64,000 nt of DNA from Eledone cirrhosa (taxonomy: Eukaryota): NCBI GenBank assembly GCA_964016885.1, contig CAXHJY010000889.1:1-64000 (forward strand). Direction: 5' to 3'. Numbering within the stretch: the stretch's first letter is position 1; each line of letters opens with the position of its first letter. Under the pieces are notes generated by a model, which worked only from the letters and a program-made list of their open reading frames with translations, did not search any database and was not told where the DNA came from. Made by a program: the position numbers and the translations under genes. Shown piece by piece: positions 23,729 to 33,300 of the stretch.

Positions 23729-26700
23729 GGTTTAAGTCTAAGGCTTGATGTTGGGGTTTAAGTCTATGTCTAAGGGTTGGGGTTGGGGTTTAAGTCTAAG
23801 TCTAAAGCTTGTATTTGTGGTTCAAGTCTAAGTCTAAGGCTTGAGTTTGGGGTTTATGTGTAAGTCTAAGTTTAAGGTTACGTCTAAGGCTAGGGGTTGG
23901 GGTTTAAATCTAAGTCTGAGGCTTGGGTTTGGGGTTTAAATGTAAGCTTTGGGTTGGGGTTAACGTCTAAGTCTAAGGCTTGTGGTTAGGGTTTAAGTCT
24001 AAGTTTAGGGGTTGGTGTTTAAGTTTACGTCTAAGGCTAGGGGTTGGGGTTAAGTCTAAGTCTAAGCGTTGCGCTATAAGTCTAAGTCTGAGGCTTGAGG
24101 TTGGGGTTTAAGTCTAAGTCTAAGGCTTTGGGTTGGGGTTTAAGCCTAAGTCGAAGACTTGGCTTTTGGGTTTAAGTCTAAGGCTTGTGTTTATGGTTTA
24201 ATTCTTGGGTTTGGGGTTTAAGTGTAAATCTAAGGCTAATGAGTTGGTGTTTAAGTGTAAGTCTAATGCTAGTGGTTGGGGTTTAAGTCTAACTTGGGGT
24301 TGGGGTTCAACTCTGAGGCTAAAGCTTGGGGTTGGGGTTTAAGTCTATGTCTAAGGCTTGGTTTGGGTTTAAGTTTATTTACGATTAAGACATGTTGTTA
24401 GGGTTTAATTGTAAGGCTTGCTGTTGTGGTTTAAGTCTATGTATAAAGCTTTGGGTTAGGGTTTAATTCTAATTCTAAGGCTTTGGTTTGGGGTTAATGT
24501 CTACGTCTAAGGCTTGAGGTTGGGGTTTAAGTCTAAGCCTAAGTTTTAGAGTTGGGGTTTAAGTCTAAGTTTAAGGGTTGGGTTTAAATCTAAATCCTGG
24601 AGTTGGGCTTTAAGTCTAAGTCTAAGGCTTGGGGTTGGGGTGTAATTCTGAGTCTAAGGCTGAGGGTTGACGTTTAATTCTAAGTCTAAGCCTTGGAGTT
24701 GGGGTTTAAGTCTAAGGCTTTTAGTTGGACTTTCAGTCTAAGTCTAAGTCTTGGGTTTGAGGTTTAAGTCTAAGTCTAATGCTTTGGGTTGAGGTTTAAG
24801 TCTAAGTCTAAGACTTGGGGTTGGGGTTTAAGTCTAAGTCTAAGTCTTGGGGTTTGAGTTTAAATCTAAGCTTGGAGCTGCGGTTGAAGTCTAAGTCTAA
24901 GTCATGTGGTTGGGGTTTAAATATATGTCTATGGCTTGTTGTTTATGTCTAAGTCTAAGACTTTGGGTTGTGGTTTAAGTCAAAGGTTTGGGGTTGGGGT
25001 TTAAGTTTAAGTCTAAGGCTAGGAGTTGGTGTTTAAGTCTAACACTAAGGCTTAGGGTTGGGGTTTATGTCTAAGCCTTGTGGTTATGGTTTAATTCAAA
25101 AGCTTGGAGTTGGGGTTTAAGCCTAAGTCTAAAGCTTGGGGTTGGGGTTTAAGCCTAAGGCTTCGGGTTAAGGTCTAAGTGCAAGACTTGGTGTTAGGGT
25201 TTAAATCTAAGTCTAATGCTAGTGGTTGGGTTTTAAGTCTAAGGCTTGGGCTTGTGATTTAAGTCTAAGGCTAAGGCTTGGGGTTTGGGTTTAAGTCTAT
25301 CTCTAAGGCTTGGTGTTGGGGATTAAATCTATGTCTAAGGCTTTGGGTTGTGATTTAAGTCTAAGTCTAAGGCCTGGGGTTGAGGTTTAAATCTAAGTCT
25401 AAGGCTTGGGGTTGGTGTTTAATGTAAAGTCTAAGGCTAGTAGTTGGGTCTCAAGTCTAAGTCTAAGCCTTGGGGTTGACGTTAAAATCTAAGTCTAAGG
25501 CTTGAGGTTGGCGTTTAAGTCTACGTCTAAGGCTTGAGGTTGGGGCTTAAATCTATGTCTATGGCTTGGGGTTTAAGTCTAAATCTAAGGCTTATGTTTG
25601 GGGTAAGTTTTAAGTCTAAGGCTTGGGATTGGGATTTAAGTTTAAGTCTAAGGCTTGGGGTTAGGGTTTAAGTTTAAGTCTATAGCTTCGGTATGGGGTT
25701 TAAGTTTAATTCTAAGGCTTTTGGTAGAGGTTTAAGTCTGCGACTAAGGCTTGGGGTTGGTCTCTAAGTCTAAGGCTTGGGGTTGGGGTTTAAGTCTAAG
25801 TCTTATGCTTGTGGTTGGGTTTCAAATCTAAGTCCAACATTTGCGCTTGATCTTCAAGTCTAACTCTAAGGCTTGGGATTGGGGTGTAAGTCTAAGTCAA
25901 AGGCTTGTGGTTGGGGTTTAAATCTATCACTAAGGCTTGGGGTTAAAGTCTAAGTCTACAGCTTAATATTGGCGAGTAAGTCTAAGTCTAAGGATTGGTG
26001 TTGGGGATTATATCTATGACTAAGGCTTTGGTTGTGTTTTAAGTCTATGTCTAAGGCCTGGGGCTGGTATTTAAATCTAAGTCTAAGGATTGGGGGTCGA
26101 GGTTTAAGACTAAATTTAAGGCTGGGGGTTGGGGTTTAATGTTAAGTCAAAGGCTAGGAGTTGGTATTTAAGTCAAAGTCTAAGGCTTGGGGATGGGGTT
26201 TCTGTCTAAGGCTTGTGGTTATAGTTTAATTCTGAGGCTTGGAGCTGGGGTTTAACTCTAAGTCTAAGTCTTGAGGTTGGGGTTTAAATCTATGTCTATG
26301 GCGTGGAGTTTAAGTCTAAGTCTAATGCTAGTGGTTGGGTTTTAAGTCTAAGTCTTAGGCTTGGGGTTGGGGTTCAAGTCTAAGTCTAAGGCTTAAGGTT
26401 GGGGTTAAGTCTAAGTCTAAGACTTGGGGTTGGGGTTTAAGTCTAAGTTTAAGGCTTGGAGCTGGGGTTTAACTCTAAGTCTAAGTCTTGAGGTTGGGGT
26501 TTAAATCTATGTCTATGGCGTGGAGTTTAAGTCTAAGTCTAATGCTAGTGGTTGGGTTTTAAGTCTAAGTCTTAGGCTTGGGGTTCAAGTCTAAGTCTAA
26601 GGCTTAAGGTTGGGGTTAAGTCTAAGTCAAAAGGTTGGGGTTTAAGTCTAAGGCTTGGGGTTAGGGTTTATGTCTAAGGCTTGGTGTTGGGGGTTTAAGT

Positions 26701-29700
26701 CTAAGTCTAAGGATTGGGTTTAAGTCTAAGTCTAAGTCTAGTTGTTGGGATTTAAGTCCAAATCTAAGACTTGGGGTTGGGATTCAACTCTAAGTCTAAG
26801 GCTTGGTGTTGGGGTTTGAATCTATGTGTATGGCTTGGGGTTTAACTCGAAGTCTAAGGCTTAATGTTGGGGTTTAAGTCTAAGTCTAATGCTATTGGTT
26901 GGGGTTTATGTCGATGTCTAAAGCTTCGGGTTGGGGTTTAAGTTTAAGTCTAAGGCTTGGATTTTGGGTTTAAGTCTAAGTCTAAGTCTAATGTGGTTGG
27001 GGTTTAAGACCAAGTCTAAGGCTTGGAGCTGGGGTTTAAGTCTATTGCTAAGTCTTGAGGTTGGTGTTTAAATCTATGTCTATGGCTTGGAGTTTAAGTC
27101 TAAGTCTAATACTAGTGGTTAGGTTTTAAGTCTAAGTCTAAGGCTTGGGGTTGAGGTTCAAGTCTAAGTCTAAGGCTTGAGGTTGGGGTTTAAGTCTACG
27201 TCTAAGGTTTGAGGTTGGTGTTTAAATCTATGTCTATGGCTTGGGGTTTAAGTCTAAATCTAAGACTTATGGTTGGGGTAAGTCTAAGTCTAATGCTTGT
27301 GGTTGGGGTTTAAGTCTAAATCTAAGACTTTCGGTTGGGGTTTAAGTTTACAAGCTGGGCTAAGGCTTGGGGTTAGGTTTTAAGTCTAAGGCTTGAGGTT
27401 GGGGTTTAAGTCTAAGTCTAAGTCTTGAAGTTGAGGTTTAAATCTATGTCTATGGCTTGGAGTTTAAGTCTAAGTCTAATGCTAGTGGTTGGGGTTTAAG
27501 TCTAAGTCTAAGGCTTGGGGTTAGGGTTTAAGTTTAAGTCTAAAGCTTCGGTTTGGGGTTTCAGTTTAATTCGAAGGCTTTCGGTAGAGGTTTAAGTCTA
27601 CGACTAAGGCTTGGTGTTGGTTTTTAAGTGTAAGGTTTAAGTCTAAGTCTTATGCTTGTGGTTGGGGTTTAAGTCGAAGTCTAAGGCTTGGGCTTGGTGT
27701 ATAAATCTAAGTCTAACGCTTGTGCTTGATCTTCAAGTCTAACTCTATGGTTTGGGGTTGTGGTGTAAATCTAAGTCTAAGGCTTGGGGTTCGGGTTTAA
27801 ATCTAAGTCTAAGGCTTGGTGTTGGGGTTTGAGTCTAAGTATAAGGCGTGTGGTTGGGGTTTATGTCTAAGACTAAGGCATGGGGTAAGGGTTTAAGTCT
27901 AAGGCTAAGGCTTGGGGTTAGGATGTGAGTATAAATCTAATGCTTGGCGTTAGGGTTTAAGTCTAAGTCTAAGGCTTGGGTTTGGGGTATAAATCTAATT
28001 ATAAGGATAAGGTTGGGGTTCGGGTTTAAGACTAAGTGTTGTGGTTAGGATTTAATTCTAAGGCTTGGCGTTGGGGTTTACGTCTAAGTCTAAAGCTTGG
28101 GGTAGGGGTTTAAGTCATGTCGAAGGCTTGGAGTTTAAGTCTAACTCTAAGGCTTTGGTTTGGGGTTTAAGACTACGTGTAAGGCTTGAGGTTGGGGTTT
28201 AAGTCTAAGTCTTGGAGTTGGGGTTTAATTTTACGTCTAAGGCTTGGGTTTGTGGTTTAAGTCTAAGTCTAAGAGTTGGTATTAGTCTTTAAATCTAAGG
28301 CTTGGATTTGGGGTGTAAGTCTAAGTCTAAGGCTTGTGGTTGGGGTCTAAATCCATGTCTAAGGCTTAGGGTTTAAGTCTAAGTCTAAAGCTTAATGTTG
28401 GGGATTAAGTCTAAGTCTAAGACTTAAGGTTGGGGTTTAAGTCTACGTCTAAGGCTTGTGGTTGGGTTTTATGTAGAAGTCTAAACATGGGGTTGGGGTT
28501 TAAGTCTATGTCTAAGGCTTGGGATTGGGGTTTAAGTCTAAGTCTAAGGATTTGTGTTGGTTTTTAAGTTTACGTGTTGGGGTTTGGGGTTAAGTTGTAA
28601 GTCTAAAGCTTGTTATAAGGGTTTAATTCTAAGGCTTGGGGTTGTGGTTTAAGTCTATGTATAAGACTTGGGGTTGGGGTTTAATTCTAAGTCTAAGGCT
28701 TTGGTTTGGGGTTAGTGTCTAAGTCTAAGGCTTGAGGTTGGGATTTAAATCTAAGTCTAAGTCTTGGAGTTGGGGTTTAAGTTTACGTCTAAGGTAAGGG
28801 GTTGGGGTGTAAGTCTAAGTCTAAGGCTTTGGGTTGGGGTTTATGTCTAAGTCTAAGGCTTTGGGTTGGGGTTTAAGTCTAAGTCTAAGCCTTTTGGTTG
28901 GTGTTTAAGTGTATGTCTAAGGGTTGGTGTTGGATTTAAGTCTAAGTCAAATGCTTGGGTTTGGGCTTTATGTCTAAGTCTAAGTCTTGGGGTTGGGGTT
29001 TAAGTCTAAGTTTAAGGCTTGGAGCTGGGGTTTAACTCTAAGTCTAAGTCTTGAGGTTGGGGTTTAAATCTATGTCTATGGCGTGGAGTTTAAGTCTAAG
29101 TCTAATGCTAGTGGTTGGGTTTAAAGTCTAAGTCTTAGGCTTGGGGTTGGGGTTCAAGTCTAAGTCTAAGGCTTAAGGTTGGGGTTAAGTCTAAGTCTAA
29201 GACTTGGGGTTGGGGTTTAAGTCTAAGTTTAAGACTTGGAGCTGGGGTTTAACTCTAAGTCTAAGTCTTGAGGTTGGGGTTTAAATCTATGTCTATGGCG
29301 TGGAGTTTAAGTCTAAGTCTAATGCTAGTGGTTGGGTTTTAAGTCTAAGTCTTAGGCTTGGGGTTCAAGTCTAAGTCTAAGGCTTAAGGTTGGGGTTAAG
29401 TCTAAGTCAAAAGGTTGGGGTTTAAGTCTAAGGCTTGGGGTTAGGGTTTATGTCTAAGGCTTGGTGTTGGGGGTTTAAGTCTAAGTCTAAGGATTGGGTT
29501 TAAGTCTAAGTCTAAGTCTAGTTGTTGGGATTTAAGTCCAAATCTAAGACTTGGGGTTGGGATTCAACTCTAAGTCTAAGGCTTGGTGTTGGGGTTTGAA
29601 TCTATGTGTATGGCTTGGGGTTTAACTCGAAGTCTAAGGCTTAATGTTGGGGTTTAAGTCTAAGTCTAATGCTATTGGTTGGGGTTTATGTCGATGTCTA

Positions 29701-30382
29701 AAGCTTCGGGTTGGGGTTTAAGTTTAAGTCTAAGGCTTGGATTTTGGGTTTAAGTCTAAGTCTAAGTCTAATGTGGTTGGGGTTTAAGACCAAGTCTAAG
29801 GCTTGGAGCTGGGGTTTAAGTCTATTGCTAAGTCTTGAGGTTGGTGTTTAAATCTATGTCTATGGCTTGGAGTTTAAGTCTAAGTCTAATACTAGTGGTT
29901 AGGTTTTAAGTCTAAGTCTAAGGCTTGGGGTTGAGGTTCAAGTCTAAGTCTAAGGCTTGAGGTTGGGGTTTAAGTCTACGTCTAAGGTTTGAGGTTGGTG
30001 TTTAAATCTATGTCTATGGCTTGGGGTTTAAGTCTAAATCTAAGACTTATGGTTGGGGTAAGTCTAAGTCTAATGCTTGTGGTTGGGGTTTAAGTCTAAA
30101 TCTAAGACTTTCGGTTGGGGTTTAAGTTTACAAGCTGGGCTAAGGCTTGGGGTTAGGTTTTAAGTCTAAGGCTTGAGGTTGGGGTTTAAGTCTAAGTCTA
30201 AGTCTTGAAGTTGAGGTTTAAATCTATGTCTATAGCTTGGAGTTTAAGTCTAAGTCTAATGCTAGTGGTTGGGGTTTAAGTCTAAGTCTAAGGCTTGGGG
30301 TTAGGGTTTAAGTTTAAGTCTTAAAGCTTCGGTTTGGGGTTTATGTCTAAGTCTAAGTCTTGGGGTTGGGGTTTAAATCTAA
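23729..30382 (+). repeat. G/T-rich degenerate 32-bp minisatellite block B, copy 1 (6654 bp)
   Basis: Abrupt compositional switch. Consensus GGCTTGGGGTTGGGGTTTAAGTCTAAGTCTAA (e.g. period 24811->24843), with 26- and 38-bp variants from loss or gain of a hexamer. The G-rich strand is +. Confidence 0.96.
26235..30342. repeat. ~1.33-kb near-identical direct repeat inside block B (26235-27561 and 29015-30342, offset 2780)
   Basis: GGAGCTGGGGTTTAACTC at 26241 and 29021; TCTAAGTCAAAAGG at 26621 and 29401; TTTACAAGCTGGGC in both copies. The same structure is present in B2 and B3. Confidence 0.9.
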
Positions 30383-33300
30383 AAAAAAACGTAACAAATT
30401 AATGCTTTTACAAATCTTTCGAAATATCTACTTCCTGGCTTCAAATTTTGCAGATTAAACTTTTTTCGAAAAACCTAAAAAAATCAGTTTTCGAAATAAG
30501 AAGTTAATATTTCGAAAAACGCAATTTGAAAAACGCATATTAATTTTTTTTATACTTTTATATCTGATTTTTTTATACTTTTATATCTGATTTTTTTATA
30601 CTTTTATATCTGATTTCAAATATTGATTTTTTTAGGTTTTTCGAAAACCTTATATAATCAATTTTTTTTAGTTTTTTCTAAAAAGAGTTCATAGTCGAAA
30701 TATATACTTCCGCATTAATCTTTTTACGTTTTTCCGATTTTTTGCATGTTTCGAAATCTAAAAAAAACGTAACAAATTAATGCTTTTACAAATCTTTCGA
30801 AATATCTACTTCCTGGTTTCAAATTTTGCAGATTAAACTTTTTTCGAAAAACCTAAAAATATCAGTTTTCGAAATCAGAAGTTAATACTTCGAAAAACGC
30901 AATTTGAAAAACGCAATTTGAAAAACACATTAATTTTTTTTCGAAAACTTTATATAATCAATTTTTTTATACTTTTAAAAATATTTATATCTGATTTCAA
31001 ATATGGATTTTTTTAGGTTTTTCGGAACCTTAATTATATAATCAATTTTTTTTAGGTTTTTCGAAATATATACTTCTGCATTAATCTTTTTACGTTATTC
31101 TGATTTTTTGCATATTTCGAAATCTAAAAAAAACGTAAAAATTTAATGCTTTTACAAATCTTTCGAAATATTTACTTTCTGGTTTCAAATTTTGCAGATT
31201 AAATTTTTTTCGAAAAACCTAAAAAAATCAGTTTTCGAAATCAGAAGTTAATATTTCGGAAAATGCAATTTGGAAAACGCATATTAATTTTTTTTCGAAA
31301 ACCTTATCGATTTTTTTATACTTTTAGAAATATTTATATCTGATTTCAAATATTGATTTTTTTAGGTTTTTCGAAAACCATAAGGTTTTCAATTTTTTTA
31401 TACTTTTATATCTGATTTTTTTATACTTTTATATCTGATTTCAAATATTGATTTTTTTAGGTCTTTCGAAAACCTTATATAATCAATTTTTTTTAGTTTT
31501 TTCGAAAAAGAGTTCATAGTCGAAATATATACTTCCGCATTAATCTTTTTACGTTTTTCTGATTTTTTGCATGTTTCGAAATCTAAAAAAAACGTAAAAA
31601 ATTAATGCTTTTACAAATCTTTAGAAATATTTACTTTCTGGTTTCAAATTTTGCAGATTAAATTTTTTTCGAAAAACCTAAAAAATCAGTTTTCGAAATC
31701 AGAAGTTAATATTTCGAAATATTGATTTTTTTTTAGGTTTTTCGAAAACCTTATAAAAGTAATTTTTTTTAGGTTTTTCGAAAAAGAGTTCATATATACT
31801 TCTGCATTAATCTTTTTACGTTTTTCGGTTTTTTTGCATGTAAATCTAAAAAAACCTAACAAATTAATGCTTTTACAAATCTTTCGAAATATCTACTTCC
31901 TGGTTTCAAATTTTGCAGATTAAACTTTTTTCGAAAAACCTAAAAAATCAGTTTTCGAAATCAGAAGTTAATATTTCGAAATATTGATTTTTTTTTAGGT
32001 TTTTCGAAAACCTTATATAATTAATTTTTTTTAGGTTTTTCGAAAAAGAGTTCATATATACTTCTGCATTAATCTTTTTACGTTTTTCTTATTTTTTGCA
32101 TGTTTCGAAATCTAAAAAAAACTTAAAAAATTAATGCTTTTACAAATCTTTAGAAATATTTACTTTCTGGTTTCAAATTTTGCAGATTAAATTTCTTTCC
32201 AAAAACCTAAAAAAATCAGTTTTCGAAATCAGAAGTTAATATTTCGAAAAACGCAATTTGAAAAACGCATATTAATTTTTTTTATACTTTTATATCTGAT
32301 TTTTTTATACTTTTATATCAGATTTTTTTATACTTTTATATCTGATTTTTTTATACTTTTATATCTGATTTCAAATATTGATTTTTTTAGGTTTTTCGAA
32401 AACCTTATATAATCAATTTTTTTTAGTTTTTTCTAAAAAGAGTTCATAGTCGAAATATATACTTCCGCATTAATCTTTTTACGTCTTTCTGATTTTTTGC
32501 ATGTTTCAAAATCTAAAAAAAACGTAACAAATTAATGCTTTTACAAATCTTTCGAAATATCTACTTCCTGGTTTCAAATTTTGCAGATTAAACTTTTTTC
32601 GAAAAACCTAAAAAAATCAGTTTTCGAAATCAGAAGTTAATACTTCGAAAAACACAATTTGAAAAACGCAATTTGAAAAACACATATTAATTTTTTTTCG
32701 AAAACTTTATATAATCAATTTTTTTATACTTTTAAAAATATTTATATCTGATTTCAAATATTGATTTTTTTAGGTTTTTCGGAACCTTATATAATCAATT
32801 TTTTTTAGTTTTTTCGAAATATATACTTCTGTATTAATCTTTTTACGTTATTCTGATGTTTTGCATATTTCGAAATCTAAAAAAAATGTAAAAATTTAAT
32901 GCTTTTACAAATCTTTCGAAATATTTACTTTCTGGTTTCAAATTTTGCAGATTAAATTTTTTTCGAAAAACCTAAAAAAATCATTTTTTGAAATGAGAAG
33001 TTAATATTTCGGAAAATGCAATTTGGAAAACGCATATTAATTTTTTTTCGAAAACCTTATATAATCGATTTTTTTATACTTTTAGAAATATTTATATCCG
33101 ATTTCAAATATTGATTTTTTTAGGTTTTTCGAAAACCTTATATAATCAATTTTTTAATACTTTTATATCTGATTTTTTTATACTTTTATATCTGATTTCA
33201 AATATTGATTTTTTTAGGTCTTTCGAAAACCTTATATAATCAAATTTTTTTAGTTTTTTCGAAAAAGAGTTCATAGTCGAAATATATACTTCCGCATTAA

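Noticed and set aside
23729-30382. CRISPR array (32-bp periodicity)
   Set aside because: Units are directly adjacent and degenerate, with no unique spacers and no cas genes.
23729-30382. Repetitive protein on the minus strand (LDLDLNPNPK-like)
   Set aside because: The 32-bp period is not a multiple of 3, so the frame shifts into TAG/TAA stops; the ORF track reports nothing here.
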